Of a stretch of DNA of 64,000 bases, positions 17,140-27,249 are shown in pieces. The DNA comes from an uncultured Methanosarcinales archaeon (GTDB lineage Archaea; Nanobdellota; Nanobdellia; Woesearchaeales; GW2011-AR15). Each line of letters begins with the position of its first letter. The stretch's first letter is position 1. The stretch lies in assembly GCA_964441565.1 (NCBI GenBank), contig CAYTWW010000010.1, forward strand, positions 3,637 through 67,636. The letters run 5' to 3'. The position numbers and the translations under genes were made by a program. Below the pieces are notes generated by a model. That model was not told where the DNA came from. It was given only the letters and a program-made list of their open reading frames with translations, and made no database searches.

Positions 17140-17988
17140 GTGATCGACGAAGAGACTGTCAGGAAGAACCTTGGAAAGACACTGGTCTCGACAGACACAG
17201 GGCTGGGAACGAAGACTGAGACTGAAAGCGAGGATATCTATACCCTCGATGATAAAGTGTTCATCATCTCCACTGACAGGATGGATGGCACATCGGTTCC
17301 CTTCAAAGGCCAGGTGGAATCAAGGCTTGGCGCACTCTGGTTCAGGCTGACGCAGGACATCATCAGGAACTCTTACATAGAGAGTCCGGATCACAATGTG
17401 CTTGTCCTTGGAAGATCAGAGCCTCTTCCATTCAAGGTGAGAGTCGAAGGATATCTCGCAGGAGAGCTTTGGGACAGGTATGGGTCAGGAGACCGAAAGA
17501 TAAGCGGCTACAAGTTCAACCAAGGACTCCTCAAGGACCAGAAGTTGGGGATGCCGATAACTATACTCTCTGCAGAAGGGAAGGACATCACTCCGGAGGA
17601 GGCAATTCAGGCAGGACTGCTTAGTGAGGAAGAATTTTCGCTGATCGATGATGCCTCCATCGCGATATTCAAGCTTGGCAATAAGCTTGTGAGAGAGCAT
17701 GGATTCATCATGCACAAGGCTGAATATCTTTTTGGAAGGAGCAAGAATGGGATCGTCCTTGCTTCGATCGTGCATACTCCCTCTTCGGCAGTCTTCTGGG
17801 ACAAGAAGAAGTTCGATGAGATCGGAGCAGGTACAGATGTGTTCGTCCCGGGGACAGATGAGCAGTCACGCATCATCAATTCAGTCAGATACGCTGAGCT
17901 GTTCGAGAAGCTCACAAACCAGGTGTTCCATCCAGAGACTGTAGATGCGGAACGATTGAAGGAGTCCCTGATCGACTATCATTTCTGA
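17140..17988 (+). CDS. purC: phosphoribosylaminoimidazole-succinocarboxamide (SAICAR) synthase
   Basis: PFKVRVEGYLAGELWDRYG and IVLASIVHTPSSAVFWDK match conserved PurC blocks. Confidence 0.6.
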   Translation: MIDEETVRKNLGKTLVSTDTGLGTKTETESEDIYTLDDKVFIISTDRMDGTSVPFKGQVESRLGALWFRLTQDIIRNSYIESPDHNVLVLGRSEPLPFKVRVEGYLAGELWDRYGSGDRKISGYKFNQGLLKDQKLGMPITILSAEGKDITPEEAIQAGLLSEEEFSLIDDASIAIFKLGNKLVREHGFIMHKAEYLFGRSKNGIVLASIVHTPSSAVFWDKKKFDEIGAGTDVFVPGTDEQSRIINSVRYAELFEKLTNQVFHPETVDAERLKESLIDYHF

Positions 17989-20309
17989 GTGTCATGGAGA
18001 TAGATCCTGAATTCAGTGCCTTTGCCTTTGCTGCTGACAACGTCTATCATGCCATTGTGACCTACAAGGATGTGCTTGACTATGGAAAGACCAAGACCCG
18101 TCCCTTCTGTCTTCTTGGTCAGCCCCTGATCCACCTGATAGAATTTGTTGAACACTTGCGCCTGGCTCTTCCTGGGGATCCCTATCCCATTGTCCTTGAA
18201 GGATATATGGACCGATCCTCGCACCTTGCGGATACTGATCGAGATGATCAAAGGCTTATCGCTACGGTATTTGATGGAGTTGCTTATCAGATTGCGGAAT
18301 ACTTCCTTTATCTTGTCACTGTCAGCCCTTATCCAGATGTCAGAAACGGAGACCTCAAGCATGGCCCCGATAGAGTCCAAGGTCGGCTGGAATTCAGCAA
18401 GCACTTCTGTGACAAGCGGCCTGAACTCTACATGGCTGAATATGAATTCCTTCTTCCCTGCCTCGTATCGTGACACATCAAGAAGGTCGTTTATGAACGT
18501 GTTGAGATGCTCAGCGCTGGTGAGAGCTATGCTGATAGCCTCCTCCTGCTTCTTGTTGATCGGTCCGAGCATGCCGGATCGCAATATCTGATTATAGGAT
18601 TTGATGGTCGTCAGAGGTGTCTTCAGCTCATGGGAGACATTCGACAGGAAATTGTCCTTGACCTCATGGAGGGCGAGGAGCTCCTTGTTTGCCTGCTCAA
18701 GCTTGCGATTCACCTTGAGTATCTGGGCCTCTTTCTTCTGCAGTTCCTTATTCTGCTTCCTGAGTGTCTCCTCTGCTTCCTTGAGCTCGGTTATATCTGT
18801 GAGTATGGTCTGGATGCCGACGAACCTGCCTTCTTTCCTTATAGGCGTGTCCTTATAGGAGAAGACACGATCCCCCCTGGGGGTCTTGAGACGAAGGTTT
18901 CCCTCTGTAGGCTTCCCTCTCCGGTTCAAGCTGTTCTCATCATCCATCTTGGCCATGTCTTCCTTATGCACAAATGATGAGGCTGACCTGCCGATCAGAT
19001 CATCTTTCCTGAGGCCATATCTCATGATCGCATCGTTCACATCGATGATCCGTCCTTCCGGGGATCGTATCAGGATCACTTCGCCTGCATTCCTGAAGAT
19101 GGATTCGTACTTATCCTTGTTCTCCTTGAGGAGCAGCTCCGCCTTCCTGCGTGCGCTTATGTCGAAAGAGATGCACCCCATGTATTCAGGCTTGCCATGT
19201 CCATCCAGGCTGATAGGGTAGACTGTAGAGTAGAGGTCGAAGACCTTCCCTGTACGGAGGTTCTGCAGCTGGTATTCTCCCTGCCAATGCCCATGCTTGA
19301 ACACACTCGTGAAGACCACATCCCTGGTGAAACCCCATAATCGCCGAGGAGTGATGTCCTTGGCATGGCACAGTCTTTTAGTGACTCCAAGCATCCTGCA
19401 TCCCTTGGGATTCATGAACACAATCCTGCCTGTAGGGTCTGCCAGGAACATCACCTCGTTTGAATGCTTAGGGATATGCGCCAATTTCTCAAGCTCAGCA
19501 TGCTCCTCTCTCTGGAGAGTGATATCCCTCAGGCACTCGATCGCTCCATTGATCTTGCCATTCCGGTCATAGAGCAGAGAGGCGATACCCCAGAGATATC
19601 TTTGCGAGCCACGCATCTGCATGCACTTGATGCCTGAGACTGAGTTCCGGGTGAATCTGAGCTGAGCATACTTCTTTAGCGATTCTTTCTTCCTGTTGAA
19701 AAGAAGATCCACAAGCACCGGGACCCTGCGACCATAGAATGGGATGGCATATTGATGATTCCCCTTTCCAAGCATCTGCTTCTTCTTGAAGCCTGTCAAC
19801 TTCTCCATCGCCCTGTTCCAGGCTACAATGCGCCTTTCAGCATCTATCACAAAGACAGGGTCAGGAAGAGATTCGATAATCTCTATCAGGAAACGATGCT
19901 GCTTGTCCAGTTCAGACTGAGCCTCGACTGTCCTTGTGATATCCTTGTCTGTCCCATGATATCCAAGCAGCTCACCGCTGGCAGACAATATCGGGACGCC
20001 GTTTGTGAGAAGACAGACCTTCTTCCCTGCCTTCGAGATGTTCCAGTTGACAATGTCGACTATCTTCGCCTTTCTCTGAAAAAGTCTCTTCACGTTCTTT
20101 CTTATCTTTTCTCTCTCGTCACTGCATATGAAGGCCATCGGCGATCTGCCGATCAATTCTGAAGGTGAATAGCCAAGTATCTTCCGGACTCCGTCGGAAG
20201 CATATGTGTACTTCCCTTTCCGGTCTATCTCCCAGATGAAGTCGCCTGCGCAGAGTGCGATATCCCTCGATCGCTTCTCGCTCTCCTTGGCTGTGAGCTT
20301 TCTCTCCAA
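17979..20309 (-). CDS. multi-PAS sensor histidine kinase
   Basis: Several PAS repeats. H-box HELKTPLTTIKSY. C-terminal HATPase_c (GTGLGLSIVKHIL). Confidence 0.85.
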   Translation of the reverse strand: MERKLTAKESEKRSRDIALCAGDFIWEIDRKGKYTYASDGVRKILGYSPSELIGRSPMAFICSDEREKIRKNVKRLFQRKAKIVDIVNWNISKAGKKVCLLTNGVPILSASGELLGYHGTDKDITRTVEAQSELDKQHRFLIEIIESLPDPVFVIDAERRIVAWNRAMEKLTGFKKKQMLGKGNHQYAIPFYGRRVPVLVDLLFNRKKESLKKYAQLRFTRNSVSGIKCMQMRGSQRYLWGIASLLYDRNGKINGAIECLRDITLQREEHAELEKLAHIPKHSNEVMFLADPTGRIVFMNPKGCRMLGVTKRLCHAKDITPRRLWGFTRDVVFTSVFKHGHWQGEYQLQNLRTGKVFDLYSTVYPISLDGHGKPEYMGCISFDISARRKAELLLKENKDKYESIFRNAGEVILIRSPEGRIIDVNDAIMRYGLRKDDLIGRSASSFVHKEDMAKMDDENSLNRRGKPTEGNLRLKTPRGDRVFSYKDTPIRKEGRFVGIQTILTDITELKEAEETLRKQNKELQKKEAQILKVNRKLEQANKELLALHEVKDNFLSNVSHELKTPLTTIKSYNQILRSGMLGPINKKQEEAISIALTSAEHLNTFINDLLDVSRYEAGKKEFIFSHVEFRPLVTEVLAEFQPTLDSIGAMLEVSVSDIWIRADSDKIKEVFRNLISNSIKYRSDKPLIISISIRKVRGSVHISFKDNGIGIPRKSQAQVFNKFYQVDQGLTKKTEGTGLGLSIVKHILVGHNGMIDVVSSKGKGTEFRIYLHDTQK

Positions 20310-20313
20310 AGTC

Positions 20314-20670
20314 TTAGATAAGCTTCTTCACCTCTTTGACCAGATCCGCCATGTCAAAAGGCTTAGTCATGAACTTGTCGCATTCCTTGAGCTTGGGATT
20401 ATGCCTGATCGCCTCGACCCTGGCGGTCAGGATCATGACTTTCGTCTTGCTAGTGGCTGCATCTGTCTTGAGCATCTGGAGCACCTCTTCGCCCGATACG
20501 CCGGGCATCATGAGATCCAGGATGACGAGGTCGACTTTGGACTTCTTGACAATCTCAGGTACCTTGGAGCCATCTGAGGTCTCCATCGTGTCTATCCCTT
20601 CATGCTCCAGGATCAGCTTGACTGCGTTCGATATCAGCTTAGAATCTTCGACTATCAGGACTTTTGCCAT
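20314..20670 (-). CDS. CheY-like single-domain response regulator
   Basis: KVLIVEDS...DLVILDLMMPGVSGEEVL...KP receiver-domain signature. It is immediately upstream of the kinase. Confidence 0.85.
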   Translation of the reverse strand: MAKVLIVEDSKLISNAVKLILEHEGIDTMETSDGSKVPEIVKKSKVDLVILDLMMPGVSGEEVLQMLKTDAATSKTKVMILTARVEAIRHNPKLKECDKFMTKPFDMADLVKEVKKLI

Positions 20671-20730
20671 ACCAGATGGCCTTCAGACAGCAGGGCTTAT
20701 ATACTTTATGATTCAGGCTCGTCGCTGGAC

Positions 20731-21141
20731 TCACTGAGAACCAAACAATTCCCTTTCCACATGAATCTTCCACTTTCCGCCAACTTTGATCATGTAGGCA
20801 AAATCATCTCTGGGCTCAGCATCGGCGAAGTTGATCCGATACTCGATATATTTCTCATCCTGATCCAGATCCTCGACCGACAGGATCTCAAATGAATCGA
20901 ATTCCTTTCCGAGGGATCCTCTGTTGAATTCTATCTCGACCAGTCTCTTTGCATCCTCGAAAGTGTATCCAGTCTCATCCTCGATCCTTGACTGGCACTG
21001 CTTTTCGCAGTAGGAATGGACAAAGTATTCATCCAGGGAATGTGTCTCATATGCACTTGTCTCAGCGTGCTGGATGACCTGTTCTGCAGACTGGATGCAG
21101 CCAGACAGACAGAGCAACAGGATAAATATGCCAGCTTTCAT
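20731..21141 (-). CDS. putative lipoprotein (136 aa)
   Basis: MKAGIFILLLCLSGC lipobox-like signal. It overlaps the MTHFS gene by 4 nt. Confidence 0.5.
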   Translation of the reverse strand: MKAGIFILLLCLSGCIQSAEQVIQHAETSAYETHSLDEYFVHSYCEKQCQSRIEDETGYTFEDAKRLVEIEFNRGSLGKEFDSFEILSVEDLDQDEKYIEYRINFADAEPRDDFAYMIKVGGKWKIHVERELFGSQ

Positions 21142-21644
21142 GTGAGCTTGATCTCTCCTTTCTCAGTCAGCATGACATCTACTTTCACACCGTGCACTTC
21201 CCTGGGCAGCTCATCGACTACCTGGAAAGAGAACGCCACCCCGATCTTCGGTCTCTTTGTCCGCGACAGGAGATCATCAAAGAAAGGATCGCCGAGACCC
21301 ACACGGTGACCCTTCCTGTCAAAGAACACCCCGGATATGATTGCGATGTCGAACTCCGGCTTCCCCCTCCTGCCGGAGAGTGTCTCAAGATATTTTTCGT
21401 ATTCCTCCAGGGAGCTGACTTCTATGACATCGCCGCCCGGCTGTGGGATGATGGCTGTATGGTCCTGGACAATCTTCCTGACCAGATCGCGCATCTCGAT
21501 CTCTTCATGCGATATGTAGAGGAAGACCCTCCTGCCTTTGAACGCAGGGACCTGCTGCAGATTCTTCCATATACGTGTGCTGTCCGGCTTGCCTGCGAAA
21601 CCTTCCTTGAGCTGCGCGATCTCTCTTCTCAGCTGCTCTTTCAT
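21138..21644 (-). CDS. 5-formyltetrahydrofolate cyclo-ligase
   Basis: Length 168 aa. The C-terminal FDRKGHRVGLGDPFFD corresponds to the G-x-G-(Y/F)-(Y/F)-D block of MTHFS. Confidence 0.7.
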   Translation of the reverse strand: MKEQLRREIAQLKEGFAGKPDSTRIWKNLQQVPAFKGRRVFLYISHEEIEMRDLVRKIVQDHTAIIPQPGGDVIEVSSLEEYEKYLETLSGRRGKPEFDIAIISGVFFDRKGHRVGLGDPFFDDLLSRTKRPKIGVAFSFQVVDELPREVHGVKVDVMLTEKGEIKLT

Positions 21645-21856
21645 TGAGGGAATGATGTTGGAGGAGTATAAATGGATTTCGAAAAGTGGAAAAAATCTCT
21701 AATTGAAAATACTCTAATAGAAGGTGAAGTCACTCTTCTAAGATCTTCAGCATATCATGCGTCCAGCCATCCATGGCGATCCGACGGCCATCTGTCCTGC
21801 TCGCTCTCGCTCGCCGGACGCCTTGGCTGGACTCATTTATCCGGGGAGAACCAATC

Positions 21857-22633
21857 TCAGAAATCCACGAACAGGAGCGGCTTCTCCGAGACCTTGATCT
21901 CGACTACGTCGTCCTCGTTGAACTCATGCTCTTCTGAGACAGAGTCTGCGACCAGAAGCCCGAAAAAGCTCTTTGCCTTCACCCTGACCACAGAGTCGTG
22001 TGCGAGTATCATCTTAGTCATCATTGCAGGCTTATGAAGAGTCCTTGCATATGGCTCGCGTGCAATCAGCTGGAACACATCACCGTACAGCGGGAGGACC
22101 TCTCCTCCTGCTGATTTCGCCCACGCATAAGAGCCTGCAGGGGTGCTCAGGAGGAGTCCTGAGCTTCTCTGGAATTCCTTTTTCCCATCGACTTCCAGCT
22201 CATAGTTGAAGAGTCCATATGGCTTCCTAGGGCCGATGTAGAATTCGTTCAATGCAAGCTCTTCGACAGGAGTACCGTTGATGCTGGCCTCAAGCCTGAG
22301 AAGCTTGCCTACCTTTGACTTCCCTGCCATGAGGAGATCGAACTTCTTCTCGAAGTCCGGGCAGGTAGCCCTTGTGAAGAATCCTTCCTTGTCCTTTGGG
22401 TAGGGATTGACTCCGAACTGCGGGGTCTTATCATTATAGTGCGAGGTTCGCAGGAATGTGCCGTCGCCTCCGAGGGAAAGCACAAGGTCGGCATCAAAAA
22501 GAGAAGAATCAAGCTCAGCCCTGTTATGGACTGAGTAATCGATTTTGTGTTTCCTGAGGGCTACTTCGACCTCAGGGGGGCAATGAGGATTCTCGAAGCT
22601 GCATTCAATTATCAGCGTCTTTCTTACCTTCAT
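21857..22633 (-). CDS. ppnK: NAD kinase (start at internal Met MKVRK)
   Basis: GGDGTFL motif and NAD-kinase architecture. The track ORF extends 15 codons further and would overlap rpoK more. Confidence 0.8.
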   Translation of the reverse strand: MKVRKTLIIECSFENPHCPPEVEVALRKHKIDYSVHNRAELDSSLFDADLVLSLGGDGTFLRTSHYNDKTPQFGVNPYPKDKEGFFTRATCPDFEKKFDLLMAGKSKVGKLLRLEASINGTPVEELALNEFYIGPRKPYGLFNYELEVDGKKEFQRSSGLLLSTPAGSYAWAKSAGGEVLPLYGDVFQLIAREPYARTLHKPAMMTKMILAHDSVVRVKAKSFFGLLVADSVSEEHEFNEDDVVEIKVSEKPLLFVDF

Positions 22634-22865
22634 CTGCCTTCTTCCTCTTCGGTGCCTCAGGCATAGGCCTCTTGACATCGATGGGGATGAGTCCCTGGTC
22701 GAATTCCATCTTGGCTATCTCCAGCGGATCATACCCGATCTTCTCGAGCTCCTCTGTCGAGAGCTTGATGAGGAAAGGAGCGCCTGAGGAGATCTGAAGC
22801 GCCCTGCTTCCAATCATCCTGGCTTTCTCGTATTTTGTGTATTTCTCTTCTTCCATGACCATCAC
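22605..22865 (-). CDS. rpoK: DNA-directed RNA polymerase subunit K (Rpo6)
   Basis: [20 protein letters not shown] is the RpoK/Rpb6 signature. Length 86 aa. Confidence 0.7.
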   Translation of the reverse strand: MMVMEEEKYTKYEKARMIGSRALQISSGAPFLIKLSTEELEKIGYDPLEIAKMEFDQGLIPIDVKRPMPEAPKRKKADEGKKDADN

Positions 22866-23635
22866 CTGATGCTTTTCCTGATCTCCTTGGCCTTCGCGAG
22901 CGCCAGGTCGATCATGCCGCTTATGTCGTCAAGAGTGAGAGGAAGGTCTCCTCCTTTCTGGAGAGCGCAGATATTTCCGTCCTCCAGTGTCGCGATGGTT
23001 AGCCTCGCGTCCAGGACTGCCTCTTCTTCGCTTGTCGGATCGACTATAAGGTAGTCACCTACCCTTATCACTGTGACAGGTAGCGGATTCTTTGTGATGG
23101 AGAGCTTCTTGTCTGTCATGTGCTTGTAGTCGACCTTGTCTCCCTTGAGCTCAGGGAACCTTGCTCCCTTGAGAGCTGCGAGGGCTGCGATGCCTGACGC
23201 ATCAAGCAGATTTCCTGCGTCGTTGATGCTGCAGACGTCGATATTTATCATCCATACAAGCTCACCGGATTTCACGCACAGCTTCTTTGTGTCGATGACC
23301 TTTGACTCCCTGATCCCCCTGTCTACGACCCTTGCGAGCTCTATCGCCTGGATCTGCGGAGGTCCTAGCTCGAAGTCAGGGGAGCTTATCGCCATAAGCT
23401 CAGCATTGACTGCGATGGTCCCTTCGTCAGGCATGTCAGGATATGGCTTGGACAGCTCGAACTTGACTCCTGCGATGACCTCTGTCTCGCCAAGTCGGAC
23501 CCTGGCAGAGCCTTCAGCATTCTTGATGACGCCTGTCTCGACTGTGAGCTGCCTGAACTCGTCAAGCTTCCTCCCGTCGTACCTTGTGCCTGACTTGAGA
23601 TAGTCCAGGATATGGGCTTTCAATTCCTGATTCAT
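22862..23635 (-). CDS. rrp42: exosome complex component Rrp42
   Basis: RNase PH-like inactive subunit. It has 4-nt overlaps with rrp41 and rpoK. Confidence 0.85.
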   Translation of the reverse strand: MNQELKAHILDYLKSGTRYDGRKLDEFRQLTVETGVIKNAEGSARVRLGETEVIAGVKFELSKPYPDMPDEGTIAVNAELMAISSPDFELGPPQIQAIELARVVDRGIRESKVIDTKKLCVKSGELVWMINIDVCSINDAGNLLDASGIAALAALKGARFPELKGDKVDYKHMTDKKLSITKNPLPVTVIRVGDYLIVDPTSEEEAVLDARLTIATLEDGNICALQKGGDLPLTLDDISGMIDLALAKAKEIRKSIR

Positions 23636-24342
23636 TTTCTAGCCTCTGGAAGCTCATATTTCTTCTTGATAGCTTCTTTCTGTACTTTGTTTATCTCCTG
23701 GATCGCCTTGTGAGACATCTTCAGTGCCTCAAGGAGCGTATCCTTGGTGATCTGACCATCCATCTGCAGGAGCGTGAATTCTCCTGTGTTAGGGATGACT
23801 GCGACTGGGATGTCTGCGACCTCCCCCTCGAATGCCTCTTCTTCGTAATTGAGGTCGACAAGCACTGTGTCATCGACCTTTCCGACTGAGATCGCTGCGA
23901 CCATGTCTCTCATGGCGATGCCTGCGTCTGCGAGTGCCATGGATGCTGCGCATATGCCTGCGCACCTGGAACCTGCGTCTGTCTGGGACAGCTCGATGAA
24001 CACATCCACGACTGCGTTCGGGAAATCGTCGAGATTGACGACAGGGTTGAGGGCCTTCTCAGTGACGAGCGAGATCTCCTTGCTCCTCCTGCTAGGTCCT
24101 GGCCTTACCCTGTCTCCGCTTCCAGAGAATGGCATCATGTTGTAGTTGCATCTGAGAACTCCCTTCTCAGGGTTCTGGAGGAACTTCGGATACAGATGCC
24201 TTGGTCCGTAGACTGCGGCATATGCCTCTGTGTTCCCTATCTTGAAATATGCAGAGCCTTCAGCTCTCGGGATGACTCCCACTTTTGCTGTGATCGGCCT
24301 GAGCTCATCCACCTTCCTGCCGTCTGTCCTCTTATAACTCAT
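23632..24342 (-). CDS. rrp41: exosome complex exonuclease Rrp41
   Basis: MSYKRTDGRKVDELRPITAKVGVIPRAEGSAYFKIGNTEA is the RNase PH signature. Confidence 0.9.
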   Translation of the reverse strand: MSYKRTDGRKVDELRPITAKVGVIPRAEGSAYFKIGNTEAYAAVYGPRHLYPKFLQNPEKGVLRCNYNMMPFSGSGDRVRPGPSRRSKEISLVTEKALNPVVNLDDFPNAVVDVFIELSQTDAGSRCAGICAASMALADAGIAMRDMVAAISVGKVDDTVLVDLNYEEEAFEGEVADIPVAVIPNTGEFTLLQMDGQITKDTLLEALKMSHKAIQEINKVQKEAIKKKYELPEARK

Positions 24343-25088
24343 CTACCATCACCTTCGATCTCTGGTGCCGTCTCTGGCCCAGCAGGATTTTCTTCAGGGG
24401 CTCCGATGAACTCCTTGATCCTGTCTGTGAGTCCTGAGATATGGCTTTCGCTCTCTATCTTCTTGATGGACTGCACTGCGAGTATCTCGCTCTGAGGCTC
24501 GCCCTTGATCCAGATGACTCCGTTCTGGCCGACGATTATGGCGCAGCCTGTGACGTTCTTGATCATCGTCACCATGGAGCCCTGCTTGCCGATTATCCTT
24601 GGGACCTTGTTAGGGTTGACCTTGATTATCCTCCCTCCTACAAGCTTCCTTAGGCCTGGGCCTTTCATCGTCACATCGACCAGGTTCTGGGTTGTCACGT
24701 TTATTATCTTCGTGACGACATAATCCCCTATGTCGAAATACTTTGTCAGGTCGTCTCCCTTCCTGATGAAGTCTGAGCTTGCGTCCTTTATCGAGAGCAT
24801 CGCGACGTATGCGGAATTCGTGTCCACATTCCACGCCGAAAGATTCACATCTGTGATCTTTCCGATTATCACATCTCCTGTCCTAGGGAGATATCTCCCT
24901 GATAGCGGGACAAGCTTTATGACTTTCCCTTCGAGCCTTACTACTCCCACATTGGAAGCCAGTATCTGCTGGTCTTTCCTGTGGGTACCGATCCCTGGGA
25001 TGTAGCTCATTCCTTCTGCGAGCACCTCTCCCGGGACCACGATATCCTTCTCATTCACACATAATGTTGATTCACTCATTTGATTCAC
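24339..25088 (-). CDS. rrp4: exosome RNA-binding subunit Rrp4 (S1 + KH)
   Basis: S1 and KH domain pattern. It sits in the operonic position upstream of rrp41. Confidence 0.85.
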   Translation of the reverse strand: MNQMSESTLCVNEKDIVVPGEVLAEGMSYIPGIGTHRKDQQILASNVGVVRLEGKVIKLVPLSGRYLPRTGDVIIGKITDVNLSAWNVDTNSAYVAMLSIKDASSDFIRKGDDLTKYFDIGDYVVTKIINVTTQNLVDVTMKGPGLRKLVGGRIIKVNPNKVPRIIGKQGSMVTMIKNVTGCAIIVGQNGVIWIKGEPQSEILAVQSIKKIESESHISGLTDRIKEFIGAPEENPAGPETAPEIEGDGR

Positions 25089-25811
25089 CTATTTCTCACC
25101 TAATATTGTTGTCTCTACTTCCCCATGTGTCAGTCTGTTCAGAGCGTCAAAGAACTCATTCTGCAGCCCAGCTGGTATCTCGACGACGCATGTCCATGAG
25201 CCGTCTGTCCCCCAGCTGTCTGACTTTATCTTGCCCATCCGCTCGACCGCAGCATATGCTTTCGGCGCGAACTGCGAGCCGAACCTGGCCTGGATCTCCT
25301 TTGTTGCGAACCTTATCGGAAGGATCGGCCTGAGCTTGACGACGATGTCGTTGACCTGGCTCTCTGCGTCCTTGATCTCGTCCACGCGGATGCGGGCCTC
25401 TTCGAATGCTGCCTCTATCCTGTTCCTCGGATGAGGGAGATGCGTCCTCGGGTCGATAGCGTTCCTCGCGATGATGTCCACGATGCGCTTCATCTTCTCC
25501 TGGCGCTGCTGCTCCCTGTATTCCTGGGTGAACTGTATCTCTCCCTCTCTCAGGATGATGCCTGCGACGTCTACCTCATTATCTGTGCCGAAGACTGTCT
25601 TCATGACTGCCTCAGATGCTGCGAGGCCTTTCTTTGCGTCAGAGAACACTTTCGTGTATCTGAGGACTTCCCTGAAATCCTTGATCCTTCCTCCCTTGAA
25701 CTCGATGACCTTGTCAGGGTCGATTATGACCTCGAACACTTCGCCGCCCTTCTTGAGGCGTGCAAGGTTGAGCTTGACAGCCTCCTTATCGAAAGTCTTT
25801 GCTGGTTTCAT
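25089..25811 (-). CDS. ribosome maturation protein SBDS/Sdo1
   Basis: KGGEVFEVIIDPDKVIEFKGG N-terminal FYSH-domain signature. It is in the conserved superoperon position. Confidence 0.8.
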   Translation of the reverse strand: MKPAKTFDKEAVKLNLARLKKGGEVFEVIIDPDKVIEFKGGRIKDFREVLRYTKVFSDAKKGLAASEAVMKTVFGTDNEVDVAGIILREGEIQFTQEYREQQRQEKMKRIVDIIARNAIDPRTHLPHPRNRIEAAFEEARIRVDEIKDAESQVNDIVVKLRPILPIRFATKEIQARFGSQFAPKAYAAVERMGKIKSDSWGTDGSWTCVVEIPAGLQNEFFDALNRLTHGEVETTILGEK

Positions 25812-25824
25812 AATCGTAGCATGA

Positions 25825-26550
25825 TCACTTTTTCTTGATTATCTCTGCAATCTTCGCCCTTGTGACCTTTGTATAGACCTTGTCCTTCGTGGTTATGTAG
25901 GCAGCGTCTATCCTCTCTGGCTCGAAGTTCGAGTCGAAGATCTTCTTGAGGGAGTCGATCCCCAGCTTGAGGGCCTCCTCGATAGTTATCGTCTCCTTGT
26001 ACTGCTTGTAGAGGATCTCCTCGATCTCTGTCTCTCCCTCGCCGATGACTGTCGCCTTGTACTGGAAGTAGATGCCTGTAGGATCTGTCTCGAAGAGGAT
26101 CGGCTTGTTGTTCGAGTCCACTCCTGCGATAAGGAGAGAGACGCCGAATGGCCTGAGTCCTCCGCTCTGGGTGCAGATCTGCTTGAGGTCTGCGACGTCC
26201 TTCACAACTGTGATTATGTCGACTGGGCTGTCGTATGTGACCCTGTTCTGCTGCGCTTTCACCTGTGCTCTGTCTATCAGCACCCTGGCATCAGAGAGTA
26301 TCCCTGAGGCAGTCGCCATGATATGCTCATCTATCTGCCAGATCTTCTCTATGGACTCTGAGACGACCAGCTTGTCGACTATCCTCTTGTCAGTCACAAG
26401 GACTACTCCGTCCTTGCATGTGATGCCTATGGCTGTCGAGCCCTGGCGTACGGTCTTCTTGGCATATTCCACCTGAAGAAGCCTGCCGTCAGGCGAAAAC
26501 ATAGTTATTGCGCGGTCATAACCCATCAATTGGTGTGGCATTGGCTGCAT
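25825..26550 (-). CDS. psmA: proteasome alpha subunit
   Basis: YDRAITMFSPDGRLLQVEYA is the alpha-subunit N-terminal signature. Confidence 0.9.
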   Translation of the reverse strand: MQPMPHQLMGYDRAITMFSPDGRLLQVEYAKKTVRQGSTAIGITCKDGVVLVTDKRIVDKLVVSESIEKIWQIDEHIMATASGILSDARVLIDRAQVKAQQNRVTYDSPVDIITVVKDVADLKQICTQSGGLRPFGVSLLIAGVDSNNKPILFETDPTGIYFQYKATVIGEGETEIEEILYKQYKETITIEEALKLGIDSLKKIFDSNFEPERIDAAYITTKDKVYTKVTRAKIAEIIKKK

Positions 26551-26557
26551 TATTCCT

Positions 26558-26908
26558 TCACCTCGGTTCTTTTATCCCCTGCGCCTTGCGGAGGATACCT
26601 GATGCGCCGACAGTCCTTACGACCGCGCGCTGGGTACCTATCCTGGTTATCAAGGCCAGGGATAATCTTAATTTGTCTACATACTTGTGGGAGACTTTGA
26701 CAAGGCCTTTCCTCGTTTGCACGTCATACCTGTCCTTGAGGATGACAAGGCCTGCTTTTCCCAGCTCAAGCTCCCCCAGTGTCCTCTTCGCGCTTTCGCT
26801 TATGCTCGAGAAGACATTCGCCGGCTCCGGCTCCTGGGAAGACATCACCTCGAACATGAGGTATCTCTTCTTCTCTTTTAATGTAGGAAGCAGTGGCTTG
26901 TTTTTCAT
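26558..26908 (-). CDS. RNase P protein component Pop5/Rnp2
   Basis: LLPTLKEKKRYLMFEV resembles the Pop5 N-terminus. It lies directly upstream of psmA as in other archaea. Confidence 0.6.
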   Translation of the reverse strand: MKNKPLLPTLKEKKRYLMFEVMSSQEPEPANVFSSISESAKRTLGELELGKAGLVILKDRYDVQTRKGLVKVSHKYVDKLRLSLALITRIGTQRAVVRTVGASGILRKAQGIKEPR

Positions 26909-27018
26909 TGCCTATCCAAGGAGAAAACAGTATTCAATCCAGTCCTTTCTCATCTCCCGCAGAGGCTAGAATTATAATTGACTTTATAAAGGTTATGCTG
27001 GGATCCCATATCTGCTGT

Positions 27019-27249
27019 TCAGACGTAAATCCTTTCCCTGTAGACTGCCCGCCACATGATGTAGAGTCCGCCTATGATGCTTCCTGCTGCGCAGAGCACT
27101 TCAAGGATCGGGGAAGGTATCTTGATACCCATGATATCCTTGCCGACGAGCTGGACTGATAGGAGCACTCCGGATGCGACAAAAAGCAGGCCTACCAACA
27201 GCTTCGGAGGCCCATGGCTCTCCTCCCTCTTACGGACATGGTGTGTCAT
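27019..27249 (-). CDS. small 2-TM membrane protein (76 aa)
   Basis: Two hydrophobic helices. It overlaps the upstream gene by 4 nt. Confidence 0.35.
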   Translation of the reverse strand: MTHHVRKREESHGPPKLLVGLLFVASGVLLSVQLVGKDIMGIKIPSPILEVLCAAGSIIGGLYIMWRAVYRERIYV

